From positions 5,686 to 69,685 of the forward strand of contig CACYQI010000026.1 in assembly GCA_902776455.1 (NCBI GenBank): a stretch of 64,000 nt of DNA, read 5' to 3'. Positions within the stretch are counted from its first letter, which is position 1, and each line of letters opens with the position of its first letter. Below, piece after piece: positions 25,969 to 33,543 of the stretch. Below the pieces are notes generated by a model, which saw nothing but the letters and a program-made list of their open reading frames with translations, did no database searches and was not told the origin of the DNA. This DNA comes from an uncultured Bacteroidales bacterium. Lineage in GTDB: Bacteria; Bacteroidota; Bacteroidia; Bacteroidales; Bacteroidaceae. Position numbers and translations under genes: made by a program.

Positions 25969-27482
25969 TCCTCTTGTTCGTTACTTTGAATGGGTGTTTC
26001 CTCTTGTTCCGTTTGCCCGATGTTTACGGCGGCAGAGTCTTCTGCAGTCAGTTCCACTTGCTCCTGTCCCGTGCGGAAGCGGTAGAAGCGGTAGTAGAGG
26101 CTGAGCGTGTCGTAGAGTAGTCCGGCTATCTTCTTTGCGCCGAGGGGCGTGAAGTGAATGTAGTCCTCGCCTGCCAGCTGCGGGTTGGCGTTCACCCAGC
26201 GGACGATGCTTCCCCTGCCGCCCATTGCTGCGTACATGTTCCAGAAAGCCGCTCCGGCCTCGTTGGCAGCAGCGCGGAGGCTGTCGTTCAAGGCAGGCAG
26301 GATGGGGTAGGACTCCATCTCGCCGTCCTCCCTGTTGCGTGCCATGTCGGCAGGGCCTATGAAGAGCACCTTAGCTTCTGGCGCAAGGGCTTGGAACGAG
26401 CGGATGAGCTGCTTCATGCTTTCCTTGAAGTCGTGCAGCTTCGACGCGTTGAGATAGGGCATACTGTTGCCGCCGAACTGCAGAATGACGAGTGCCACAT
26501 GCTCGCGGGCAAAGAAGGGACGGAGCGAAGAACGGCTGATGGTCATCAAGTCTCTGCCCGAACTGCCGCGCATCGGTATGTTGTCCATGCTGACGCCCGT
26601 CGCTCCGTCCAGCTGTATGCCGAGGATGTCCGTCTCGCCCTCCACGTCCAGCGTGACGCGCCAAGTGGCTCTGTCCAACGACGTTGTGTAGAAGCAAGGC
26701 TCACCTCCGCTGCTGAGCGGCATCTCCTGTGCTTCCTCGTCGTTGCCGGCCTTCAGCAGAAGCGTTGCCGGCCTGCGCGTGATGACCGTGATGCGGCTGA
26801 AGCTGGAGGAGCGTCGATAGTCCTTTCCGCCTATTCCTGTGAGGCGGATGGTGGCACGCTCCGGTATGTGCGTCACTCTTGCCAGCGGACCGTAGAAGTT
26901 GTCAGCACTCCGCATGTCGGCAGGACCATAGGCTAAGTACTGCGGCACGTCTTCGGGCCAGATGCTCGAACTGAGCGTGAAGGTCGGGATGCTTTGCAGG
27001 GCAGGCACCAAGCCTACGCCCATGCCGCCGAATTCCTCCTGGAAGCGTTGCCGGAGCAGGCTGGTGATGCGGTCGCACTCTATCTGCGAATCGCCGTAAT
27101 GCATGATGCGGACGTGGCGTGTAGAAGCAAGCTGGAGCGTCTCCCAAAGCGCATCGAGATAGGTTTCGTCCTCGTTGGGCATGTAGATGCGGGCAGCGTT
27201 GCTTGTCTGGTACGAGCGGAACTCCTCCATCTGCTGCGCGTTGAGTTCGTCCTGCCTCAGCTGCAACAGCTCCTCGGGAGTAAGGTCGGGCAGCGTGTCG
27301 GCCTCTTCGGCTACGACCTCCGCCTCGCTCTCTGCAGCTCCGCCCATTACTTCTGTCAGGCTCGGAAGGCGCAGACGAAGCCCCCAGCCGAGCGGCAGAC
27401 CGTCGGAGGGAAAGCAGGTGCAAAGCAGGGCAAGACCTGCCATTACGCCCGAAAAAAAGAGCAGCGACTGGCGCGTATTCAT
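25965..27482 (-). CDS. SGNH/GDSL-like hydrolase family protein
   Basis: N-terminal anchor, IMHYGDSQIE block I. First gene of the SGNH-SGNH-MBOAT operon. Confidence 0.6.
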   Translation of the reverse strand: MNTRQSLLFFSGVMAGLALLCTCFPSDGLPLGWGLRLRLPSLTEVMGGAAESEAEVVAEEADTLPDLTPEELLQLRQDELNAQQMEEFRSYQTSNAARIYMPNEDETYLDALWETLQLASTRHVRIMHYGDSQIECDRITSLLRQRFQEEFGGMGVGLVPALQSIPTFTLSSSIWPEDVPQYLAYGPADMRSADNFYGPLARVTHIPERATIRLTGIGGKDYRRSSSFSRITVITRRPATLLLKAGNDEEAQEMPLSSGGEPCFYTTSLDRATWRVTLDVEGETDILGIQLDGATGVSMDNIPMRGSSGRDLMTISRSSLRPFFAREHVALVILQFGGNSMPYLNASKLHDFKESMKQLIRSFQALAPEAKVLFIGPADMARNREDGEMESYPILPALNDSLRAAANEAGAAFWNMYAAMGGRGSIVRWVNANPQLAGEDYIHFTPLGAKKIAGLLYDTLSLYYRFYRFRTGQEQVELTAEDSAAVNIGQTEQEETPIQSNEQEE

Positions 27483-27505
27483 GCTTTTATGTACAGTTGG
27501 GGCTA

Positions 27506-27513
27506 CAAAATTA
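27506..27513 (-). promoter_or_regulatory. -7 box TAATTTTG for the SGNH-SGNH-MBOAT operon
   Basis: Plus strand reads caaaatta, 24 nt upstream of ATG 27482. Confidence 0.65.
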
Positions 27514-27557
27514 CGAAATAATTCTTAATTCATCATTCTTAATTCTTAATTTCTTTG

Positions 27558-27565
27558 TAACTTTG
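27558..27565 (+). promoter_or_regulatory. -7 box TAACTTTG for the LOG-family gene
   Basis: 31 nt upstream of ATG 27596, preceded by ttcttaatt word repeats. Confidence 0.65.
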
Positions 27566-27595
27566 CGCCATTAATCTACTTTTTTACCTCATGCC

Positions 27596-28708
27596 ATGCA
27601 AGACAGATACACACAGATAAAGTCTGCCGACGACCTTGCCGCATTGCTCTCACAGCCTGAGCAGGAGTTGCGTCGCTATGCCTTCCAGAACGTCAGCTTC
27701 ACAGCTGTTTCCGAGCTTGCGCTACGACATATCTATCGAGAATGCCTTTTCTTGAGTTGCCGCCTGCCGATGGGACTGAAGCGACAGTCGAAGGACTGCC
27801 TCTTCCTGCCATCAATGGGCGAGACGTTCTACTTCCCCAATCACCTCTATTCGCCCGAGGAACTCTACGATGGCTACTGTCCCGACCGGCCCGAAACCTA
27901 TGCGAAGTGCTACGACGGGCGTGTCTATCGGCACTACATAAAGAAGGGAAAGTTCCGCACCGACATCAAGGAGACGTTGGCACGCACGCTTCACGACCAC
28001 TCCATCAGCGACTGCCTGCGGGACTACCTCTCGTCGTTTAACGAGCATAAGCTGATAGGTGTGATGGGCGGCCATGGGCTTTCGCGCCTCGACGTCGCTT
28101 ATCGTCAAGTGGTGCTGCTGAGCAAACATCTCACCGAAGCAGGCTTCCTGATGATAAGCGGCGGCGGTCCCGGAGCGATGGAGGCAACGCATCTGGGCGC
28201 TTGGATGGCGGGAAGGACGGAGGAAGAGTTGCAGGAAGCCTTTTCCATCATGTCCGTGGCGCCTTTCTACACCGACAGCCTTTGGCTTCCCACCGCTTGG
28301 CAGGTGCGGAGCCGCTTCCCGAACCTCGGCTACGAGAGCCTCGGCATCCCCACTTGGCTCTATGGGCACGAGCCTTCCACCCCGCTTGCTACGCACATCG
28401 CCAAGTTCTTCGAAAACAGCATCCGCGAGGACAGCATCCTCACACTCGCTTCGGGAGGCATCATCTACACACCCGGTTCGGCCGGCACTCTACAGGAAAT
28501 CTTCCAGGAAGCCGTGCAGAATCATTATCTCATCTTCGGTTATGCCTCTCCCATGATATTCATGGGGAAGCAGTTCTGGACGGAGCGAGTGCCCGTATGG
28601 CCTTTGCTTATGTCGCTCGTCGATAATGGGGTTTACAAGAACCTCATCCTTTGCCTGACAGACGAGGTGGAGGAAGCGGAGCGCGTGCTACAGAGCAACG
28701 TGAGATAG
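27596..28708 (+). CDS. LOG/TIGR00730-type Rossmann-fold nucleotide-binding protein with a 150-aa N-terminal extension
   Basis: LIGVMGGHG...MISGGGPGAMEATHLGA...YTPGSAGTLQEIFQ resembles the LOG/PpnN GGGxGxME and PGGxGTxxE motifs. Confidence 0.55.
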   Translation: MQDRYTQIKSADDLAALLSQPEQELRRYAFQNVSFTAVSELALRHIYRECLFLSCRLPMGLKRQSKDCLFLPSMGETFYFPNHLYSPEELYDGYCPDRPETYAKCYDGRVYRHYIKKGKFRTDIKETLARTLHDHSISDCLRDYLSSFNEHKLIGVMGGHGLSRLDVAYRQVVLLSKHLTEAGFLMISGGGPGAMEATHLGAWMAGRTEEELQEAFSIMSVAPFYTDSLWLPTAWQVRSRFPNLGYESLGIPTWLYGHEPSTPLATHIAKFFENSIREDSILTLASGGIIYTPGSAGTLQEIFQEAVQNHYLIFGYASPMIFMGKQFWTERVPVWPLLMSLVDNGVYKNLILCLTDEVEEAERVLQSNVR

Positions 28709-29021
28709 AGGAAAAAGGAAAAGGGCGCACTGGTGATGTGATGAAACTCCGAAAAACAGGTTTTGAGGGTTCGCCGCCTTTGTAATCCACCTAACCATAA
28801 ATGGGATGGCACGCCATTGGACAGACGAAACAGTTCTCGGTAATAAAATGTAAATTGATGAGTATCCCGATCTAACCAGTACGCCCTATTTGTGTATGTC
28901 TTGCCAGCTGCAAGGCCATTTAGGTCTTCAATTGTATTGCAAAAATAGTAAGTCTTGTTGTAATATGCAAGTTTTTTAGGCTTTTTCTTCGTCTTCCTTT
29001 GGCATTTTGTTGAAAACTTCC

Positions 29022-29029
29022 TACTTTTG
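29022..29029 (+). promoter_or_regulatory. -7 box TACTTTTG for malQ
   Basis: 30 nt upstream of ATG 29059. Confidence 0.65.
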
Positions 29030-29058
29030 TTATGAAAATAGAACTTTAAAAGCATAAA

Positions 29059-31614
29059 ATGACGCTACATTTCTCCATTGAATACCGAACGGAATGGGGA
29101 CAGTCCGTTGAGGTCGAACTTAGCTTCCTTTCTGCCGACGGAAAGACAACCCGACAGTACATTCTCCTCGAAACAGACGACGGGGTCTTCTGGAAAGGTG
29201 TCTTCAGGCTCAAGTCGCGCAGCAGCCAGTTCCGATACACGTATATTATAACCGCTTCCCACCAGTCGCAATCCCGCTCCACTGCTGCCGAAGGAGAGGA
29301 TGCCAGAGGTGTGATTGAGGGGGGAAGGGCTGTGCTGCGCCGCGAATGGGACGTCGTGCCGCGCCTTTTCCCTGTTGACGACAACCGGACATACTTCTTC
29401 CTGGACCATTGGCGCGACAGGCCGGCTTCTTCCTATTGCTATACCGATGCCTTCCGCATCAGTTCGGGAATAGCGAAAAACTCAGCCGTCATGCCTGCCC
29501 TCTTTCCCCGTACGTGCCTCTTCCGCATTCAGGCTCCGCAACTTCAGCCTGGAGAGAGGGTTGCACTCCTTGGCGACCAGCCCGCCCTGGGCAACTGGGA
29601 CGTGGCGCGAGCCTTGCCCATGATGCCGTCCAGCAATGGCGAGTGGCTTCTTTCCATCAGCGGCGACGGCTTGCGTCTGCCGTTCCAATATAAATATATA
29701 AAGGTAGGGAAGGACCATTCGGTGCTTTGGGAAGAAGGTCCCAACAGGCAAAGTCCGGAACACTCCCCCAAAGGGGTGGAAGGAGGAGGCTGCGTCGTCG
29801 CCCTTTCCGACGGCGAGTTGCGGCTTCCATCGCCTCGCTGGAAGGTGGCAGGCCTCGTGGTGCCTCTCTTCTCGCTGCGTTCCGAAGGAAGCCAAGGGGT
29901 AGGGGATTTCGGCGACCTCTGCCAGATTTGCGACTGGGCAGCCTCTACAGGCATGCATGCCGTACAGCTCTTGCCCATCTACGACACTACCCAGAACCGC
30001 ACCCCAACGGACAGCTATCCCTACAACGCCATTAGCGTCCACGCCCTCCATCCCATCTATGCCGACCTGCGCCGCCTGCCTCTTGCCGATGCCGAAGCAC
30101 TCGCTTCCTTCCGCGAAAGATGGCAGAAACTCAACGCGCTGCCTGCCATCGACTACGTCGAAGTCATCAAGATGAAGGAAGAATACCTGCACCTCCTCTA
30201 TGAAGAGCAGACAGCCTCTTCCCAACCCTCTCCCGTGGGAGAGGAAAGCCTCTCCCCAGACCTCTCCAAAGGGGAGGGAGTTTCGTCGCCTTGGCTGCTG
30301 CCCTATCAGGTCTTCTGCCACTTGCGCGACACCTACGGCACAGCCCGTTTCGCCCAGTGGCCCAAGCTCTCGGCCTACAACCAGAGTGCCGTGCGGAGGT
30401 ATGCCGAGCGTCATGCTCACGAAATCGGCTATTATGCCTTCGTGCAGAACATCCTTCATCAGCAACTTTCCGAAGCGGCCGAACATGCCCGCCGCCTGCG
30501 CGTCTTCCTCAAGGGCGACTTGCCCATCGGCATCAGTCCCAATAGCGTAGAGGCTTGGCAGTCGCCACACCTCTTCCACACTGACATGGCAGCCGGAGCA
30601 CCGCCCGACGACTTCTCGGCCACAGGGCAGAACTGGGGCTTCCCTACCTACGACTGGGAACGCATGGCTGCCGACGGCTACCAATGGTGGAAGCAGAGGC
30701 TCAGGGACATGTCGAAGTACTTCGGAGCCTACCGCATCGACCATATCCTCGGCTTCTTCCGCATCTGGCAGATACCTCGGAACAGCCCCACAGCCCTCCT
30801 CGGACAGTTCTCGCCCGCTCTGCCCATGAGCGTCGCAGAGATAGAGTCCTACGGAATGCCCCTCGTGCCGGAGCTTTTCGTGCCCGATGCCACCCGTCCC
30901 GACCTCTACCACCCGCGTATCGGAGTGATAGGCGAGAAGGCCTGGTGCAGTCTCCCCAAGTACGAACAGGACGCCTTCATCCGTCTCTACGAAGACTTCT
31001 TCTTCCGCAGGCACAACAACTTCTGGGCAGAGCAGGCCATGCATCGGTTGCCCGTCCTCGTCGATGCTACCGACATGCTCGTCTGCGGCGAAGACCTCGG
31101 AATGGTGCCCGACTGCGTAGGCCCCGTCATGCAGCACCTCGGCATCCTCAGCCTCGAGATACAAGCCATGCCCAAGGCCTACGGCGTGCGCTTCTCCCGC
31201 CTTTCGGACAACCCTTATCGAAGCGTAGCCACCATCTTCACCCACGACATGCCAACCCTCCGCCTCTGGTGGAAGGAAGATGCCGAGCGCACCAGACTCT
31301 ACTATAATGAAGTGTTGGAGCACGACGGCCCTGCGCCCGACGACCTTCCGGGATGGCTGCAAGAAGAAATCGTGGCACACCACCTCAACTGTCCCTCCAT
31401 GCTCTGCCTCATCAGCCTGCAGGACTGGATATCGATGGACGAGAGCCTGCGCAACCCGCATCCCGAAGAGGAGCGCATCAACGTGCCAGCCAATCCCAAG
31501 CACTACTGGCGCTACCGCATGCACATCCCCATATCGCGCCTCCTCGCCGCCGATGCCCTGAACGACCGCCTGCGCACCCTCATCGCCCGCTCCGGCAGGG
31601 AGTGCCTTCTCTAA
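29059..31614 (+). CDS. malQ: 4-alpha-glucanotransferase (GH77) with an N-terminal starch-binding-type module
   Basis: 851 aa with GH77 blocks VQLLPIYDT, YRIDHILGFFRIW and GEDLGMVP. Confidence 0.85.
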   Translation: MTLHFSIEYRTEWGQSVEVELSFLSADGKTTRQYILLETDDGVFWKGVFRLKSRSSQFRYTYIITASHQSQSRSTAAEGEDARGVIEGGRAVLRREWDVVPRLFPVDDNRTYFFLDHWRDRPASSYCYTDAFRISSGIAKNSAVMPALFPRTCLFRIQAPQLQPGERVALLGDQPALGNWDVARALPMMPSSNGEWLLSISGDGLRLPFQYKYIKVGKDHSVLWEEGPNRQSPEHSPKGVEGGGCVVALSDGELRLPSPRWKVAGLVVPLFSLRSEGSQGVGDFGDLCQICDWAASTGMHAVQLLPIYDTTQNRTPTDSYPYNAISVHALHPIYADLRRLPLADAEALASFRERWQKLNALPAIDYVEVIKMKEEYLHLLYEEQTASSQPSPVGEESLSPDLSKGEGVSSPWLLPYQVFCHLRDTYGTARFAQWPKLSAYNQSAVRRYAERHAHEIGYYAFVQNILHQQLSEAAEHARRLRVFLKGDLPIGISPNSVEAWQSPHLFHTDMAAGAPPDDFSATGQNWGFPTYDWERMAADGYQWWKQRLRDMSKYFGAYRIDHILGFFRIWQIPRNSPTALLGQFSPALPMSVAEIESYGMPLVPELFVPDATRPDLYHPRIGVIGEKAWCSLPKYEQDAFIRLYEDFFFRRHNNFWAEQAMHRLPVLVDATDMLVCGEDLGMVPDCVGPVMQHLGILSLEIQAMPKAYGVRFSRLSDNPYRSVATIFTHDMPTLRLWWKEDAERTRLYYNEVLEHDGPAPDDLPGWLQEEIVAHHLNCPSMLCLISLQDWISMDESLRNPHPEEERINVPANPKHYWRYRMHIPISRLLAADALNDRLRTLIARSGRECLL
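30215..30280. repeat. in-frame GC-rich palindrome element (B family) inside malQ
   Basis: cccaaccctctcccgtgggagagg (palindrome at 30226-30244) plus cctctccaaaggggagg. Translated as SSQPSPVGEESLSPDLSKGEG. It shares the cccaacc flank with the copy at 3729. Confidence 0.8.
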
Positions 31615-31631
31615 ATCCAGACCCCCTCTAA

Positions 31632-31674
31632 CTCCCCCATAAGGGGGAGGACTCCCTCTCCCACGGGAGAGGGT
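31632..31674. repeat. two GC-rich palindromes just after the malQ stop (ctccccc-ataa-gggggag; ccctctcccacgggagaggg)
   Basis: Arms checked by reverse complement. Confidence 0.9.
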
Positions 31675-31744
31675 TTGGGAGAGGCTGCGGGGGGAAGTGT
31701 CGCTGTCGTTCCTCGTCGGCGACCTCTTTGCGGAGTGTTGATTT

Positions 31745-31825
31745 ACACTCCACGTTGCATCGGCTTACACTCCACGTTGCATCGGCTCACGCTCCACGTT
31801 GCATCGGCCGATGCTCCACGTTGTG
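31745..31825. repeat. A-family 22-nt units, reverse orientation (about 3.5 copies of acactccacgttgcatcggctt)
   Basis: Tandem units lying between malQ and mltG. Confidence 0.85.
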
Positions 31826-31832
31826 TAAAACC

Positions 31833-32855
31833 CTACCTTATTCCCCTTTTGTTCAAGGCCTTTTGGTAACGGCGTGCATTGCTGTAGTGTTCGGGTAGCG
31901 TCGAAGCGAAGTTGTGAGTGCCCGAGAAGTCCTCTTTGGCACACATATACAGGTAGTTGTGCCGCACAGGATTGAGTACTGCTTCAAGTCCTGCTATGCT
32001 TGCAATGCGGATGGGACCAGGGGGCAGACCGACGTTGCGGTAGGTGTTGTAGGGACTCTCTGCCCCTAAGTGTACGTTCAGAATGCGGCGCAAAGTGAAG
32101 TCGCCTAAAGCAAACTTTACCGTTGGGTCGGCCTGTAGCGGAATGCCCCTTTCCAACCGGTTGAGATACAGTCCCGCTATCATGGGCTTCTCGGCGTTGT
32201 TGGCCGTCTCCTCATCGACGATGCTTGCCAGCGTGGCCACCTGTTCGCGCGTCATTCCCAGCGCCTTGGCCTTCGCCTTCCGTTCTGCTGTCCAGAAACG
32301 GTTGTGTTCGCGCTCCATTCTCTCCATGAATTTATCGACGCTGATGTCCCAATAGACCTCGTAGGTGTTGGGAATGAAGAGGGCAGGGATGGTGGCCGTC
32401 GTGTAGCCGTGTGTGTCCAGATACATGCTGTCGGTCAGGGCAGAAGCAATCTCGGCCGAATCGACCATGAGGTTCTGCGAGAGGACGGCGGCCAGTCTGT
32501 CCATGGTGCGTGAGGTGGGAATGACGAGCTTTATCGGCTCCTGATTGCCGCTGCGCAGGCATCGGTACAGTTCGAGGTATTTTGTTCCGGGTACTACGCG
32601 GTAGCGGCCCGTGCGGGGACGGAACCCGATGACCTTGCTGTAGATGTCCCATCGCCATCCGATGCCGGACTTTGCCTTGACGCTGTCCGCCGTATCGTCG
32701 CGGTCGATGTATATCAGCCGCCCCTCTCCGCTTTCCTGCCCCGCCACTTCCGGCACTTCTCCCGTCAGCAGCAAGAGTGCGAAAACGGTTCCGACGGCCA
32801 GCACGATAAGTGCTGCCAGCACTATCCAAATAGTTCTTTTCCTTGTCTGTTCCAT
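31833..32855 (-). CDS. mltG: endolytic murein transglycosylase MltG (YceG-like)
   Basis: N-terminal TM helix and YceG blocks (LASIVDEETA, GLPPGPIRIAS). Confidence 0.85.
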   Translation of the reverse strand: MEQTRKRTIWIVLAALIVLAVGTVFALLLLTGEVPEVAGQESGEGRLIYIDRDDTADSVKAKSGIGWRWDIYSKVIGFRPRTGRYRVVPGTKYLELYRCLRSGNQEPIKLVIPTSRTMDRLAAVLSQNLMVDSAEIASALTDSMYLDTHGYTTATIPALFIPNTYEVYWDISVDKFMERMEREHNRFWTAERKAKAKALGMTREQVATLASIVDEETANNAEKPMIAGLYLNRLERGIPLQADPTVKFALGDFTLRRILNVHLGAESPYNTYRNVGLPPGPIRIASIAGLEAVLNPVRHNYLYMCAKEDFSGTHNFASTLPEHYSNARRYQKALNKRGIR

Positions 32856-32878
32856 TGTCTATGATGCTTATTCGAGTG

Positions 32879-32886
32879 CAAAAATA
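32879..32886 (-). promoter_or_regulatory. -7 box TATTTTTG for mltG
   Basis: Plus strand reads caaaaata, 24 nt upstream of ATG 32855. Confidence 0.6.
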
Positions 32887-32949
32887 CATAATTTCGCCCG
32901 AAAAACAAAAATTTTCAACTTTCAACTTTCAACATTCAACTTTTTTTTG

Positions 32950-32957
32950 TACCTTTG
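32950..32957 (+). promoter_or_regulatory. -7 box TACCTTTG for tRNA-Thr
   Basis: 12 nt upstream of the tRNA 5' end, preceded by a ttcaactt octamer array (32912-32948). Confidence 0.7.
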
Positions 32958-32968
32958 CACTCGCAATT

Positions 32969-33041
<73 letters not shown>

Positions 33042-33055
33042 CCCAGAAAGCATTT

Positions 33056-33085
33056 AGAGAGTTCTGTAGAAGGGCTCTCTTTTTT
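33056..33085 (+). terminator. possible terminator after tRNA-Thr
   Basis: agagag...ctctct stem followed by TTTTT. The stem is short and the loop is 13 nt. Confidence 0.4.
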
Positions 33086-33194
33086 GTCCGATAACGTTTT
33101 GATTACTATTCTGGGTCAGCGGATTTTCTTAAGTAGCGCTTTTAAAGTGGACTCAACAAAAGCGGAGTTGCTGGGGTGGCTCGGGTAGGGGAGT

Positions 33195-33230
33195 AAAAGA
33201 AAAAAGGATTGCACTTTCGATGCAATCCTT
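33195..33230 (-). terminator. terminator after tRNA-Cys
   Basis: aggattgca-N7-tgcaatcct stem, followed on the minus strand by a T-run. Confidence 0.65.
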
Positions 33231-33241
33231 TGTTTCGAGCG

Positions 33242-33313
33242 AGGTGCCTGGCGGATTCGAACCGCCGTTGACGGTTTTGCAGACCGTTGACTAAGCCACT
33301 CATCCAAGGCACC
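33242..33313 (-). tRNA. tRNA-Cys (anticodon GCA)
   Basis: Reverse complement reads GGTGCCT...ACGGT-CTGCAAA-ACCGT...GGCGG-TTCGAAT-CCGCC-AGGCACC-T. 72 nt with a U73 discriminator. Confidence 0.85.
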
Positions 33314-33387
33314 AACTAATTTACAATTTGACGTTTTACTATTTACAATTTGAGTGTAAGCTAGGTATCTTTCGTCGAATTGCGCTG

Positions 33388-33395
33388 CAAAGGTA
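33388..33395 (-). promoter_or_regulatory. -7 box TACCTTTG upstream of tRNA-Cys
   Basis: Plus strand reads caaaggta. The 75-nt leader contains gtaaat word repeats. Confidence 0.5.
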
Positions 33396-33462
33396 CGACA
33401 ATTATTTCACAATTCATAATTCGCCATTCATTTTTTTTGTATAAGGCCAGCAATTTAACATT

Positions 33463-33505
33463 TGTTAAAAGAAGCCCCGCTCCATCATACGATGTTGCGG
33501 GGCTT
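33463..33505 (-). terminator. terminator after the GH76-like gene
   Basis: aagccccgc-N16-gcggggctt stem, then a T-rich run on the minus strand. Confidence 0.6.
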
Positions 33506-33543
33506 GTGTTCTCGTTTGTGCCGCTGTGGTAATTCGTTTGGAA

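Noticed and set aside
28633-29055. 140-aa minus-strand ORF as a real gene.
   Set aside because: Its only ATG lies 4 nt from the malQ start, beyond the malQ promoter box, and its 3' end overlaps the LOG-family gene by 76 nt. It is kept only as a possible relic (see findings).
33116-33307. 63-aa ORF on the minus strand.
   Set aside because: It is the translation of tRNA-Cys and its terminator.
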